DNA of 64,000 nucleotides from Methanocellales archaeon. GTDB taxonomy: Archaea; Halobacteriota; UBA148; JAUWXC01. The DNA lies in NCBI GenBank assembly GCA_030610945.1, contig JAUWQV010000001.1, forward strand, positions 124,246-188,245. Reading direction: 5' to 3'. The position numbers were made by a program, and so were the translations under genes. Positions 1 through 10,834 of this stretch are shown here, piece after piece (the first letter of the stretch is position 1; each line of letters opens with the position of its first letter). The notes under the pieces are model-generated. The model ran no database searches, was not told where the DNA came from, and saw nothing but the letters and a program-made list of their open reading frames with translations.

Positions 1-295
1 AGGCAACGTATGTAAGATAGTATGTTCCATCAAGAAGGACAATTCTGGGATCCTCGAGACATTTTTCATACTCAAATTCCGAGAATAGTATGGGTTTCTC
101 TGCCCTTCTCACAACTTTCAAAGGACCATCCAGTTTAGAATAACCTATCGTTGAGCGGTTGTGTTTGTCCCATGCACGATAGAACATATGAACATACTGC
201 CCTTCTCTAATACAAGCCGGATTAAAAACTCCCTTATTTTCAAATTCCAGTTCGGTGGGCTCTAAAATAATGCCTTCTCTGTTTATTGTAATCAC
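1..295 (-). CDS. GH130-like glycosidase/phosphorylase, N-terminal part (runs off window edge)
   Basis: Manual translation from GTG at 295 (GGTGA upstream): MITINREGIILEPTELEFENKGVFNPAC...MFYRA...EDPRIVLLDGTYYLTYVA; VFNP, YRA and EDPR are GH130-type motifs. Not in the ORF track. Confidence 0.75.
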   Translation of the reverse strand, partial: MITINREGIILEPTELEFENKGVFNPACIREGQYVHMFYRAWDKHNRSTIGYSKLDGPLKVVRRAEKPILFSEFEYEKCLEDPRIVLLDGTYYLTYVA

Positions 296-413
296 GGTAA
301 ATCACCTTTATTAACACTTATAAACCTATATTATATTGATGTAATATGCCCATACAAATCGTTAGTGGTCTACTCGCAAAAGGTTCAAAATATTTGTCTT
401 GTTTAGGATAACA

Positions 414-1061
414 ATGAAAAGAATTGTAATTACAGGCGCGAACGGTACAATAGGAACTGTGCTCAGGAAAGGATTAAGTGAATATGAAATAACCCCGATA
501 GATTTACCAGAAGTAGATGTACGGGATTATGGAAGACACCTAAAAATTTTTCCTAGACACGATATTATAATTCATTTGGCCTGGCAGACCAATAGGTCGG
601 ACAATGTAGTGATGTTTTCTAATGTCTATAGAGCTGCAATCGAAGCGAATGTTCCAAGAGTTATAATGGCAAGCTCTGTTCATGCTGATAATTTTTATGA
701 TTGGAAAGGTCTAGGACTGTTAACACCTGACAGAACAGCTGTGCCAAATAGCCCCTATGGTGCAAGTAAAGTCGACATGGAAGCTTTAGGGAAATATTAT
801 AGTCAACATGGTTTGGAAGTTGTTTGTATCAGATTTGGGGGTGTGAATCCAGAAGATACGGTTGATGTTGAGGAGGAGGGATTCAAGAAAGTGTGGTTAA
901 GCCACAGAGATTGTGTGGGATTAGTTAAAACTTGTATAGACGCAGAAAGCATACCTAATGGCTTTATCATCATTTATGGGGTGTCTAACAATACGTACAG
1001 GGTTCACGATTATTCAAACCCATTAGGTTGGGCACCAAAAGATAATGCTGAATTATTTTGA
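414..1061 (+). CDS. NAD-dependent epimerase/dehydratase (uronate dehydrogenase-like extended SDR)
   Basis: ITGANGTIG Rossmann motif, ASS, YGASK catalytic motif, WLSHRD; ATG at 414 preferred over TTG at 399. Confidence 0.8.
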   Translation: MKRIVITGANGTIGTVLRKGLSEYEITPIDLPEVDVRDYGRHLKIFPRHDIIIHLAWQTNRSDNVVMFSNVYRAAIEANVPRVIMASSVHADNFYDWKGLGLLTPDRTAVPNSPYGASKVDMEALGKYYSQHGLEVVCIRFGGVNPEDTVDVEEEGFKKVWLSHRDCVGLVKTCIDAESIPNGFIIIYGVSNNTYRVHDYSNPLGWAPKDNAELF

Positions 1062-1062
1062 A

Positions 1063-3891
1063 TCACTCGATATAAATCGCCGGCCTGCCTGGAATCGCAA
1101 GTCTCCTCTTGTTCTGCGGGTCGTAATCAGCGTTGACCTCTACTTTGACTCCGACTTCGCGCGCGATAAAGTCCCTAGCCTCTGCAAGTATGTCGCCCTC
1201 GTTTATTCTCATAGACTCCATCCGCTCTGAAGATATCTTCTGAACGAGCGCTGAAACTTCCTTGCCCCGTTTCCTCAACTCCGGGTCCTTCATAACGTCC
1301 TGCATTGCATCCCTGGCCTCCCTGCCGGCTGCGATATCAAGGACCTTCCATTTCCAGTCCTCTGCGGTGTAGATATATGCAGTCCTCGTGCCCTTTATTC
1401 TGGCGACTTCCATGATTTCTTTGATATCAGAAATCACGCGCTTGATGTATTCTTCAGCACTTTCAATGTCCTCGTCGATTGCAGATTCATCGTGTTGAGG
1501 CCACTCTGCTACAGAAATGAAGCCTTCTTCTTTACCCAGTTTTTCCCATATTTCCTCGCATATATGCGGCACGAACGGTGTTAAAAGCTTGGTCTGCGCC
1601 TCGATGAGCCAATTTATCAATTCTTTGTTGAAACCAGAAGTCCTTTTAGCATACCATTTCAGGTGGGTCTGCAGGTCGAAATATCCCTTATGGATGGCGG
1701 TCCTGAACTCCGTATCCTCCATCGCTTCCGTAGTTGCCTTGATCGTTCTGTTCACAACCGATTTGAACCATCTATCGATATATTTGGTGTCACTTCTGCC
1801 TTTCCCATAGTTTTCAGTGGCAAATTCGTACCACTGCGCCAGCTTGGAGCCTATGGACCTGGCAAACTCAGTATCCCAGTTGGGGTCATCAAGACCTTCT
1901 CCCCCGTACATCAGCGTCAGTCTTGTAGCGTCTGCACCATATTTCTCATGAATCTGCCGCAGGGTATAGAAATTGCCCTTGGACTTGCTCATTTTGACAC
2001 CGTCAACTTGAATGAAGCCATTGACGCCAATTCCACGCGGCCAGTATTTCTCTGGGAATATGGCAACATGGTTGAAGAGGCAGAAAGTAAGGTGATTTTG
2101 CACAAGGTCCTTGCCCGAATTTCTGAAGTCGAATGGATACCAGTACGTAAATTCGGACCTCATTTTCTCAAGTAGGGCTAACGAAACGCGGCTTTCCTTG
2201 GCAACGGTTTCTGCATCTCCCTTGCCAAGGAGTATGTAGTCAAAGACTGCATCACCCAGATTTTTGGCGTTAATGCCATGCTTTTTGTCTTCCAGACAAT
2301 GTGCGATGGTATAATACGCCATGTAAATCGTGGAATCAGAGAGGGATTCTATTACCCATTTTTCATCCCATGGAAGGGGGGTCCCAAGGCCAAACTCCCT
2401 GGTGCATGCCCACTCTCTCAACCAGTCAATGACATATTCGAACTGGCTTCTAACCTTGTCCGGATACAGCGTTACATTGCGCAGAGCTTCGTGCACTTTT
2501 GCCTTCCAATCCGGGTTAGAGTAGTTCAAAAACCATTGGTCAGACACGACCTTAACAATACATCTGGCCAAGCAGCGACAGACAACGTCGGCGGATAAAT
2601 CATAGAATGTTGTAGCTTTGTTCTCTTTGACTAAATCCCTGGCAAGAGTCTCCTTGACCCTTGAGACAGTTAGACCTGCGTATTTCCCTGTATTTTCTTT
2701 CAGTACGCCGGTATGGAATTCCTTTTTGTAAGTCTCCTTTGTCGCCTCCTCCAACTTTGGATCTGTCTGGCTCGATATCCCCATTTTTTCAACAACCTCA
2801 ATGGCAGGATGTTCACCAAAGCCATGCATCTTAATCAGGGAGATTGGTGTTATGTCTTTGACCAAGTCAGGAGATATCCCATACTTCTGCGGGTCCTTCT
2901 GAACAGCTCTCAAAGCAACGTAGTCATAGGGTGCATGTGAAGGTACTGACATTACCACCCCAGTTCCTGTCTCTGGTTCGACGAACGGCGCAGGGAGAAT
3001 CGGCACTTTTGTTCCGCTAACCTTGTTCGTGCAATACTTGCCCACGAGTTCGTTTTTCTTCAAGTGGCGCAACACCTGCACACTGTGTTTCTGCGCCTCC
3101 AGTTTCTCGACGGTTTCCTTGGATACAATCCAGCGCTCATCGTCGACGTTTATCTCCACATAATCTGCGTCAGGCCTAATCCACAGGTTTGTAACGCCGA
3201 AGGAAGTTTCAGGCCTGTAGGTTGCGGTTGGCAATACCACGCCATCTAACTCGAACTTTATTAAAAATACTTCCTCTGGCGTTACGCCTTCTCCTTCTAA
3301 TCTTGCATGGTCTCCCACTGGCGAGTTGCACCTGGGGCACCAGACTACAGGGTGCTCGCCCTTTGTGATGTATCCGCTATCTTTTAACTTGCGGAACTGC
3401 CATTTGATGAACGCATTGTAGTACGGATTTAGGGATGTAGTGATGAACTTTCTGCGCCAGTCCACGCCGACGCCCATGTCTTTTAGGTCCAACATCGTCT
3501 CCCTTGGAAAAAACGAAACCCAGTGTAGGGGGTCTGCGAATTTTGGAACCTCTTCCTGCGGAATGCCCATATCCAGTAGTATCTTTATCTGGCTGGGCTC
3601 ATGCTTCGCTATTCGTTGCGCTGCGGCAATAATCGGCGTGCCAGTACAGTGGAACCCAAAAGGGAATAGCACATTATAACCCATCATCCGCTTGTATCGT
3701 GCAAATACCTCCACCCTCATCAGGGAAAACCCGTGCCCCAGGTGGAGAAAACCATTCATGTAGGGATAGGGGAAATTTACGAAAAATTTCTCTTTGGCCT
3801 CATCCACACCTGACTCGAAAATCCGTGCCTCTTCCCATTTATTCTGCCACTTCCTCTCGATCAGTCGCCTGTCAATTCGGTCTGAATTCAA
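1063..3891 (-). CDS. leuS: Leucine--tRNA ligase (archaeal type)
   Basis: PYPYMNGFLHLGH (HIGH-like) and KMSKS motifs, CP1 editing domain, 942 aa. Confidence 0.97.
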   Translation of the reverse strand: MNSDRIDRRLIERKWQNKWEEARIFESGVDEAKEKFFVNFPYPYMNGFLHLGHGFSLMRVEVFARYKRMMGYNVLFPFGFHCTGTPIIAAAQRIAKHEPSQIKILLDMGIPQEEVPKFADPLHWVSFFPRETMLDLKDMGVGVDWRRKFITTSLNPYYNAFIKWQFRKLKDSGYITKGEHPVVWCPRCNSPVGDHARLEGEGVTPEEVFLIKFELDGVVLPTATYRPETSFGVTNLWIRPDADYVEINVDDERWIVSKETVEKLEAQKHSVQVLRHLKKNELVGKYCTNKVSGTKVPILPAPFVEPETGTGVVMSVPSHAPYDYVALRAVQKDPQKYGISPDLVKDITPISLIKMHGFGEHPAIEVVEKMGISSQTDPKLEEATKETYKKEFHTGVLKENTGKYAGLTVSRVKETLARDLVKENKATTFYDLSADVVCRCLARCIVKVVSDQWFLNYSNPDWKAKVHEALRNVTLYPDKVRSQFEYVIDWLREWACTREFGLGTPLPWDEKWVIESLSDSTIYMAYYTIAHCLEDKKHGINAKNLGDAVFDYILLGKGDAETVAKESRVSLALLEKMRSEFTYWYPFDFRNSGKDLVQNHLTFCLFNHVAIFPEKYWPRGIGVNGFIQVDGVKMSKSKGNFYTLRQIHEKYGADATRLTLMYGGEGLDDPNWDTEFARSIGSKLAQWYEFATENYGKGRSDTKYIDRWFKSVVNRTIKATTEAMEDTEFRTAIHKGYFDLQTHLKWYAKRTSGFNKELINWLIEAQTKLLTPFVPHICEEIWEKLGKEEGFISVAEWPQHDESAIDEDIESAEEYIKRVISDIKEIMEVARIKGTRTAYIYTAEDWKWKVLDIAAGREARDAMQDVMKDPELRKRGKEVSALVQKISSERMESMRINEGDILAEARDFIAREVGVKVEVNADYDPQNKRRLAIPGRPAIYIE

Positions 3892-3930
3892 GGAGTTACC
3901 TCCATTTTTAGAGCCAATAAAATAGAAGAG

Positions 3931-4539
3931 TTACTCCACCCTGCCAATCTTAATCAGCGAAAGTAGTGGAACCCCCACTATAGAATCCAAGCCCTTCTTG
4001 TCAATCACAACAGCAATGGCAAGTGGCTCTGCACCAAGCTCCCCTAGCAACTCCACCGCTTCGTGGGCAGTAGATCCCGTTGTGACCACGTCATCGACAA
4101 TGATACATTTTTTGCCCTCAATAGAAGCGAAATTATGGCTAATGGTACCCTTTACGTTTTGCTTCTCCGGCTCCCACCGCTGTTTTTTGGGATGAAGGAC
4201 TGACAGATCAGCACCCAATTCTTCCGCAACCAGCGTTGCAAATGGGATGCCACTTAAAACAATGCCCACTACGACCTCTATGTTTGCCTCAGGCAGTGAT
4301 TCCAGAGCCATATCAGCAAGTGCAGACGAGATGAGACTCATCCTCTGCGAACTCCTGCCTATTTGATTCCAGTTGACAAATATGTCCTTTGGCGCCGGGG
4401 CTTTCTTCTTTTCAGCCCTTGACAGCAGCCAAGTAGCAGTTTCGCGCGATACGTTAAGTTCGTCAGCGATTTCACCTGAACGGAGTCCTTTTTTCTTCAG
4501 TTCCATCGCTTTCCCGATAAGGTCATCAATACCTCTCAT
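3931..4539 (-). CDS. gfcR: HTH + PRTase protein (PyrE-like, GfcR family regulator)
   Basis: N-terminal HTH (GEIADELNVSRETATWL) plus PRPP motif IIVDDVVTTGST. Confidence 0.8.
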   Translation of the reverse strand: MRGIDDLIGKAMELKKKGLRSGEIADELNVSRETATWLLSRAEKKKAPAPKDIFVNWNQIGRSSQRMSLISSALADMALESLPEANIEVVVGIVLSGIPFATLVAEELGADLSVLHPKKQRWEPEKQNVKGTISHNFASIEGKKCIIVDDVVTTGSTAHEAVELLGELGAEPLAIAVVIDKKGLDSIVGVPLLSLIKIGRVE

Positions 4540-4540
4540 T

Positions 4541-5023
4541 CTACTCCTTCCTCCTGGTTCTTTTTAATTTAGACCCGCAAACCGGGCACACATCGCCCTG
4601 GGCGAAATACCTGCCACATCCAATACACCGTTTCTTCCATATTAAAACATCCCTGATTTTATGCTGCATGATTGGCTTAATCTGGATCCCAAGCCGAGAT
4701 GCCACATTTTGGATTGCATAGTCATCCGTGATGATACATGCGCCTTTACCGATATATTGGAGTGCTTTTGCTAATAAATGTATGTCGGTTTCAGACAGTA
4801 CGCCCACGTCCCCGGTTCTTCTAGCAGTCTTCACAACCTCGTCGATGTAACGCTGTTCTGCCGGCTCCACTTTCAGGCCAGTGCTTCTTGCCTGCTCAAA
4901 GAGTGTAATGGACCTTACGTCCTTCAACTCTCTCATCACACCAGGCACCGTGAGTGCCTCTGCGCTTCCTATTCGGTACCCGCACACAAAGACCGAGGAA
5001 TCCACTATAAGTAGGGCCATCAT
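4541..5023 (-). CDS. nob1: NOB1 family PIN endonuclease with Zn ribbon
   Basis: VDSS, LSETD, TDDYAIQN motifs; CIGC...CPVCG ribbon. Confidence 0.9.
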   Translation of the reverse strand: MMALLIVDSSVFVCGYRIGSAEALTVPGVMRELKDVRSITLFEQARSTGLKVEPAEQRYIDEVVKTARRTGDVGVLSETDIHLLAKALQYIGKGACIITDDYAIQNVASRLGIQIKPIMQHKIRDVLIWKKRCIGCGRYFAQGDVCPVCGSKLKRTRRKE

Positions 5024-5165
5024 TTGTTTGATGTGCACGAACAAACCATAAATCTAATCCTATGCCCAAAACTCTTCATAGAGGGGTCAAAAAAGCGAAA
5101 ACTATATAGAGCGCCCCTTAAATCAATAGTGCCGTTATTCGATGATTTACTAAGGAGGTGGGAAT

Positions 5166-5372
5166 ACGACTGAATTACCAATTGCACCAGTGGATAGGAT
5201 TGCAAGAAAGGCTGGCGCGGACAGAGTAAGTGACGATGCAAAGGTGGCGTTAGCTAACATATTGGAAGATTATGGGCTCAAAGTATCAGCAGAGGCTGTG
5301 CGTCTGGCAAAACACGCTGGCAGAAAGACGTTGAAGGCAGAGGACATTAAATTAGCAGTACAAAGGCTTTAA
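5166..5372 (+). CDS. Archaeal histone (HMf family); apparent ACG start codon
   Basis: (ACG)[21 protein letters not shown]...[23 protein letters not shown] at 5154-5160; in-frame TAA at 5151. Confidence 0.92.
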   Translation, partial: TTELPIAPVDRIARKAGADRVSDDAKVALANILEDYGLKVSAEAVRLAKHAGRKTLKAEDIKLAVQRL

Positions 5373-5860
5373 AGCCATGTAATGACGCCGATGCTCGTCA
5401 TTGTTACGATGATACCGGCGATTAGCACGCCGCTGAGAATGGCTGGAAACGCGTATCTGGCCTTAATTCCAAACACAAGAGCGGCGGCGCAACCCGTCCA
5501 TGCACCCGTGACCGGCAGAGGAATGGCAACGAATAGCGCCAGGGCCAATGCGCCGTATTTTTGAACCGAATTGTTGTACCTCCTGTGTGTCCGGGCAAAC
5601 AGCCAGTCGAAGAAATGGTCAAAGGTTCTGGCTCGCCTTAGTTTTGCAGATACAGAATCCAGGAAAAGCAATAGAGGTATGATGGGGAGCATGTTCCCGA
5701 CGACCGACAGGAAGTACGCTGTGGCAGGGTCGATGCCGTATACTCCTATGGCAATGGGTATTGCAGCCCTGAGCTCAGCTATAGGGGCCATTGCGATCAA
5801 GACAACAATGACGCTTGAAGGGAGTGCCTGAAACCATTCTACGATATAAGATATGCACAT
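5369..5860 (-). CDS. Small multi-drug export family membrane protein
   Basis: [10 protein letters not shown] and [14 protein letters not shown] motifs; hydrophobic. Confidence 0.85.
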   Translation of the reverse strand: MCISYIVEWFQALPSSVIVVLIAMAPIAELRAAIPIAIGVYGIDPATAYFLSVVGNMLPIIPLLLFLDSVSAKLRRARTFDHFFDWLFARTHRRYNNSVQKYGALALALFVAIPLPVTGAWTGCAAALVFGIKARYAFPAILSGVLIAGIIVTMTSIGVITWL

Positions 5861-5920
5861 TTACGTCCTCGTGTGAATAAATGTATATAGTATCTATAGA
5901 TATCGTTACCCTATGAGAGG

Positions 5921-6820
5921 GTGAGCGTGATGGAGGACAGGATAAAACTCGGAGAGAGGGGCGCCAAGGTCGGGGTCTTTGGCAACATAATACTGTCCAC
6001 TTTCAAGCTAATTGTTGGAATAGTATCCAACAGCACTGCAGTCATGGCTGATTCCATGCATTCACTCTCTGACGTCGCTACTTCGCTCATGGTCTGGGTT
6101 GGAATCAGGATGTCAGATAAACCACCGGACGAAGAGCATCCCTACGGGCATGGCGATGTTGAGCCAATTGTGGGGCTGCTAATCTCCATCGCCCTTGTAT
6201 TGGTTGGATTTGAGTTTGCCAGACATGCGATAAACGAGATTTTTACGGGAGTTGTGGCGCCCACACCGCTGGCGGCATATGCAACCGTGTTCGTAATTAT
6301 ATATAAAGAGGGCATGGCAAGGTATGTTCTAAGCGTTGCTGATAAGATTAAAAGTCCGGCCTTGAAGGCGGATGCCCAGCATCACAGAAGCGATGTATAT
6401 TCATCCATAGCTGTTTTGATTGGAGTGAGTGGGTCGATATTGTTCTATCCGATTCTGGACCCACTCGCGGGGATTGTCGTATCGCTAATCGTCATAAAAA
6501 TGGGTTTTGATGTAGGCAGAGAGAACATACAACAGCTGATGGGAACGGTGCCCTCGCCAGAGGTAAAGGAGAGAATTGAGCGCCTGGCTCTGAGCGTCAA
6601 AGGGGTTAAAATGGCCCACAATATCCGCATCCATTATTTTGGAGCATATGCAACAGTCGACCTCCATGTATGCGTAGATGAGTCATTGCTGTTGAGTGAA
6701 GCCCACAAGATAGCACACCAGGTACAGAGGAAAATAGTTGAAATCCCAGAGATATCATCTGCCTTGGTTCATGTGGAGCCGTTTGATGTACACCATAAAG
6801 AAGAACATGCTGAGAAATGA
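5921..6820 (+). CDS. Cation diffusion facilitator (FieF-like)
   Basis: ADSMHSLSD, HPYGHG, HHRSD, VHVEP motifs. Confidence 0.93.
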   Translation: MSVMEDRIKLGERGAKVGVFGNIILSTFKLIVGIVSNSTAVMADSMHSLSDVATSLMVWVGIRMSDKPPDEEHPYGHGDVEPIVGLLISIALVLVGFEFARHAINEIFTGVVAPTPLAAYATVFVIIYKEGMARYVLSVADKIKSPALKADAQHHRSDVYSSIAVLIGVSGSILFYPILDPLAGIVVSLIVIKMGFDVGRENIQQLMGTVPSPEVKERIERLALSVKGVKMAHNIRIHYFGAYATVDLHVCVDESLLLSEAHKIAHQVQRKIVEIPEISSALVHVEPFDVHHKEEHAEK

Positions 6821-6831
6821 TGCCGTGTCGC

Positions 6832-8034
6832 TCACCTATCGCTAATCTTGGCTTCGTGTAATGACCTTGTGATGAGCGTAGGCACATCCAGCATGGCTTC
6901 CACTCTGGCCACATCCTCAACTTTCGCAGACGTTGCCGGGCGCCTGGGAACCGCCTTGCACTCTCCTCTAGAGGATGTCGAGATATCAAATGTTCCAATT
7001 TTTTTCGCAAGTGTTACAATCTCGGATTTATCATACCCTATCAACGGGGCGTATATTGGAAAATCGATGCCAACGGATTCAGCGAGCAAATTCGCAGACG
7101 TCTGGGATGCGACCTGCCCCAGGGATGAGCCGGTTACGATCCCATACGCCTTTTCCTTCTTTGCAATCTCAACGGCAATCAAGTACATCATTCGCTTGCA
7201 CAGCACGCATGTTAGTTTTGGGGGGCAGTGTTCTTTGATGGACTGCAAGATATGCCCATGTGGTATCTCGTAAACAGTCATGAGATGGTTTGGCGCCCAT
7301 CTCTGCAAGATGTTAATGCATTTCGTCGCTTTAATTCTCATCGCATCATCCGAGAATGGAGTGATGTCATAAAACACAGGGATTATTTCACAGCCTCGCC
7401 TCATCATCAGCCACGCCGCCACAGGCGAGTCGATGCCTCCTGATATCAATGCGACCATCTTGCCCTGCGTACCAAGCGGCAGGCCACCAACGCCTTTGAC
7501 GATGTTATGATACACGTATGCCCTATCCTGCCTGACCTCGACGAATATCTCATGATCTGGCGAGGTTAGATTCACGCTGACGTTGCACTCCGTCAAGCGC
7601 TCTTCAACGGCAGCACCGCACACCCTTCCGATGTCCTCGCTGGAAAAATGATGAATGCCCGCCTTGTGGGGGCGTATGGCAAAGGATTCACCCTTGCCGA
7701 TGAGCACCTCCCCAACGTCTGCCGTTAGTTGTGCTATCGCATTAAGTTCTGGCTCTGTAGAAATCACAGGACTGGTTGAGACCACGCCAAACACGTTCGC
7801 TACGACATCTGCAATGTGCTCGTCAGAGGAGTGGATGAAGATTCTGCCCCAGTCCCTCCTGACGTTGGAGTATTCATTCTCGTGAAGTTGAAGCATTGCC
7901 TTAATATTGTCAACTAATGCCCTTTCGTAGCGACTGCGCACCCTATCGCTTTTCAGCCCGATTTCGCCATACCTGACCAGGATTGCATCGTAGTTGAGCA
8001 TTGTATCCACACCACTCCTATCCTTCCTGAGCAT
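6832..8034 (-). CDS. thiI: tRNA 4-thiouridine synthase ThiI (THUMP + PP-loop, CxxC type)
   Basis: VRYGEIGLKS, GGLPLG, SGGIDS, CVLC, GQVASQT; start may be at 8001. Confidence 0.95.
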   Translation of the reverse strand: MLRKDRSGVDTMLNYDAILVRYGEIGLKSDRVRSRYERALVDNIKAMLQLHENEYSNVRRDWGRIFIHSSDEHIADVVANVFGVVSTSPVISTEPELNAIAQLTADVGEVLIGKGESFAIRPHKAGIHHFSSEDIGRVCGAAVEERLTECNVSVNLTSPDHEIFVEVRQDRAYVYHNIVKGVGGLPLGTQGKMVALISGGIDSPVAAWLMMRRGCEIIPVFYDITPFSDDAMRIKATKCINILQRWAPNHLMTVYEIPHGHILQSIKEHCPPKLTCVLCKRMMYLIAVEIAKKEKAYGIVTGSSLGQVASQTSANLLAESVGIDFPIYAPLIGYDKSEIVTLAKKIGTFDISTSSRGECKAVPRRPATSAKVEDVARVEAMLDVPTLITRSLHEAKISDR

Positions 8035-8111
8035 AGTTTAATCTTGTGGAAACCGGCAAGGATTATCGAAAGGTAAAAAAGACATGACATGCATCTGTGC
8101 TGTAGGTTAAC

Positions 8112-8867
8112 ATGTTAGATGAAGTAATGATTACCAGGGCAATCGTCGAAGATTTTATGAAAACGTTTGTGGAGTACACAGACGTAGATGTTGCCATAGT
8201 CGGCGCAGGACCGTCCGGCATGGTAGCTGCCAAATACCTTGCCGAGGGGGGTGCAAAGGTAGTCGTTTTCGAGCGGAAACTCAGCGTTGGTGGTGGAATG
8301 TGGGGCGGGGGCATGATGTTCCCCCGTATTGTGATACAAGACGAGGCAAAACACATCTTGGATGATTTTGAGATTAATTACTGGAAGCACAAAGACGGAT
8401 ATTTTCTTGCAAATTCCATAGAGGTGGTCGGAAAACTCGTAAGCAAGACCATTGCTGCCGGCGCTGAAATATTCAACCTGATGAGTGTGGAAGACGTTGT
8501 GATCAGGGATGATAGGATAACGGGCGTGGTCATAAACTGGAGCGCTGTCGAGCTGGCTAAGTTGCACGTGGACCCCCTGAGCATTAGGTCCAAAGTGGTT
8601 ATCGATGGAACCGGGCACGATGCAGACGTATGCAGGACTGTTGAACGGAAAATCCCTGGCGCGCTGAAGGTTGTTGGCGAAAAGCCCATGTGGGCAGAGG
8701 TAGGGGAGAGGTTTCTCCTAGATGCGACGAAGGAAGTGTATCCAGGACTGATTGTAACAGGAATGGCAGCGAATGCCGTCACAGGAGGTCCGAGAATGGG
8801 GCCCATATTTGGTGGCATGATGCTTTCAGGTGAAAAGGCCGCAAAACTGGCGCTATCTAAGTTATAG
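8112..8867 (+). CDS. thi4: Sulfide-dependent thiazole synthase (non-Cys Thi4)
   Basis: GAGPSG, GGGMWGGGMMF, LHVDP (His at the Cys position), RMGPIFGGM. Confidence 0.95.
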   Translation: MLDEVMITRAIVEDFMKTFVEYTDVDVAIVGAGPSGMVAAKYLAEGGAKVVVFERKLSVGGGMWGGGMMFPRIVIQDEAKHILDDFEINYWKHKDGYFLANSIEVVGKLVSKTIAAGAEIFNLMSVEDVVIRDDRITGVVINWSAVELAKLHVDPLSIRSKVVIDGTGHDADVCRTVERKIPGALKVVGEKPMWAEVGERFLLDATKEVYPGLIVTGMAANAVTGGPRMGPIFGGMMLSGEKAAKLALSKL

Positions 8868-8921
8868 GGTACCAAAAACCTTTAAATACGACGTCGATAA
8901 GTTAATCTGTGGGGTGGGGGA

Positions 8922-9239
8922 GTGAATTATCTCGACGCATTGGACTTATACTATGTTGGAGTTGCAATTATCGTCCTGTTTTTCACGTTATATAGTTCTG
9001 TGAACTTTCGGAGGACTGGCAAGAAGATACTAAAGGCGAGGATTTTCTTAAATGATGACATCCTGAGCAAAACGTGGGCATATGGCGCAGTCATAGGGGT
9101 ATCATTCGCCGTTCATGAAATCCTCAGTTCGTCTATGATTGCCTGCCATCCTCCGTACCTCTGCGAGATAATGAAACTCGTCTTCTTGACTGCGCTTCTA
9201 GGGCTGATATACGAGTGGTACGACTTCGGAAGGATTTAG
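8922..9239 (+). CDS. Hypothetical 3-TM membrane protein
   Basis: Three hydrophobic segments, G-rich SD and TATA upstream. Confidence 0.6.
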   Translation: MNYLDALDLYYVGVAIIVLFFTLYSSVNFRRTGKKILKARIFLNDDILSKTWAYGAVIGVSFAVHEILSSSMIACHPPYLCEIMKLVFLTALLGLIYEWYDFGRI

Positions 9240-9718
9240 AGCTTATATCCGATTTTTCGCAGGAATGCCTTTCGCTCTTCTACGTCTTTTTGTCTTTCAA
9301 TGCCCTTTGCACTGGCGCCATCGACAACGCCGATAATTGCCTTTCCCATTTCGGTTTTTGCCACCAGCACTTCAACCGGATTGGAAGTGGCGCAGTAGAT
9401 GCCGCAGACCTCTGGTGTGCTTTTTATGGCATTCAGCACGTTGATGGGATACGCTTCCTTCAAGAATACCAGAAAGCTGTGTCCTGCACATATCCTTAAG
9501 GCGTTTTCTGCTGCAGCCTTCTTCAGCTCTGGGTCATTGCCCTCACACCTTACCAGACAGGGGCCAGATGCCTCGCAGAAGGCGATGCCGAACTTCGCGC
9601 CCGGAACTGTATTCACAATCGCCTCATACAGGTCTTCCACGGTCTTGATGAAGTGCGACTGGCCCAGAATTAGATTGGCGCCAGATGGCATATCTATTTT
9701 AACGGTTTGAATCTCCAT
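9236..9718 (-). CDS. Adenosine-specific kinase / DUF355 family
   Basis: [31 protein letters not shown]-terminus. Confidence 0.9.
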   Translation of the reverse strand: MEIQTVKIDMPSGANLILGQSHFIKTVEDLYEAIVNTVPGAKFGIAFCEASGPCLVRCEGNDPELKKAAAENALRICAGHSFLVFLKEAYPINVLNAIKSTPEVCGIYCATSNPVEVLVAKTEMGKAIIGVVDGASAKGIERQKDVEERKAFLRKIGYKL

Positions 9719-9772
9719 GCCGATACCTCAATAAACATATTTATCAACGCCCGGCCTTTTAATCATATGCCC

Positions 9773-10828
9773 ATGTCCAGAACAGGCGTCGTATATCATG
9801 AAGACTACTTGAAGCACGAGACTGGAGAGCATCCAGAGCGGAAGGAGCGCCTGATTGCTACAATGGAGCTGCTCAAGGAAACGGGTGCGCTGACGAAACT
9901 AACGTGCATCGCTCCGAAAAAGGCAACTCCTGAGCAAATAGAGTATGTGCATGATGCCTCCTACGTAGAAGAGGTACGAATGCGCTGCCAGAGCGGCAGA
10001 GGGATGTTAGATTCTGATACTATATTATCCCAAGATTCTTATGAGGTTGCGCTTTTGGCAAGCGGAGGGGTTATTGGCGCTGTTGATGCTGTCATGAATG
10101 ACTTGAAAAGCGTCTTTGCGCTCATCCGCCCGCCAGGTCATCACGCGGAGGCTTCGCAGGGAATGGGGTTCTGCATATTCAATAACGTTGCGATAGCGGC
10201 GCGCCATGCCCAAAAACAACACAAACTGAAAAGAATTCTCATCGTGGACTGGGACGTGCATCACGGCAACGGCACGCAGCACATCTTTTATGACGATGCC
10301 TCAGTTCTGTATTTTTCCATTCATCAGAGTCCCCTCTATCCAGGAACTGGAAAGACGGATGAAATCGGCACTGGCGATGGAAAGGGTTTTACGGTAAATG
10401 TACCGCTACCGGGAGGGATAGGAGATGCGGGATACACATATGTTTTCAATGAAATTCTAATCCCAATCGCCCTCGAATTTCATCCTGAACTTATTCTAAT
10501 CTCAGCCGGGCAGGATGCACATTTCGCCGACCCCATAGGAGGGATGAACGTAACTGCAAAGGGATTCGGACATCTCGCCAGCATAGTCAAATCGATCGCG
10601 AACTCGACATGTGAAGGGAGAATAGTTGCAGCGCTGGAGGGAGGATACGACCTGACCGCGCTACCATATTCGGTTTTATCCATCCTCAACTCGTTTGGGG
10701 ATTTGGGCATGGACATAAAAGAGCCGATGACCGCGCCGCCCGCGCTGAAAGACGAAGTATCCAGCCAGGTCAGGGAAAAGGTAAAAGAAGTTAAGGAGGC
10801 GCAGAAGGAGTGTTGGGGTGTTTTGTGA
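9773..10828 (+). CDS. Histone deacetylase family (class II HDAC-like) protein
   Basis: HPERKER, RPPGHHA, DWDVHHGNGTQ, LEGGY. Confidence 0.95.
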   Translation: MSRTGVVYHEDYLKHETGEHPERKERLIATMELLKETGALTKLTCIAPKKATPEQIEYVHDASYVEEVRMRCQSGRGMLDSDTILSQDSYEVALLASGGVIGAVDAVMNDLKSVFALIRPPGHHAEASQGMGFCIFNNVAIAARHAQKQHKLKRILIVDWDVHHGNGTQHIFYDDASVLYFSIHQSPLYPGTGKTDEIGTGDGKGFTVNVPLPGGIGDAGYTYVFNEILIPIALEFHPELILISAGQDAHFADPIGGMNVTAKGFGHLASIVKSIANSTCEGRIVAALEGGYDLTALPYSVLSILNSFGDLGMDIKEPMTAPPALKDEVSSQVREKVKEVKEAQKECWGVL

Positions 10829-10834
10829 AGGCAA

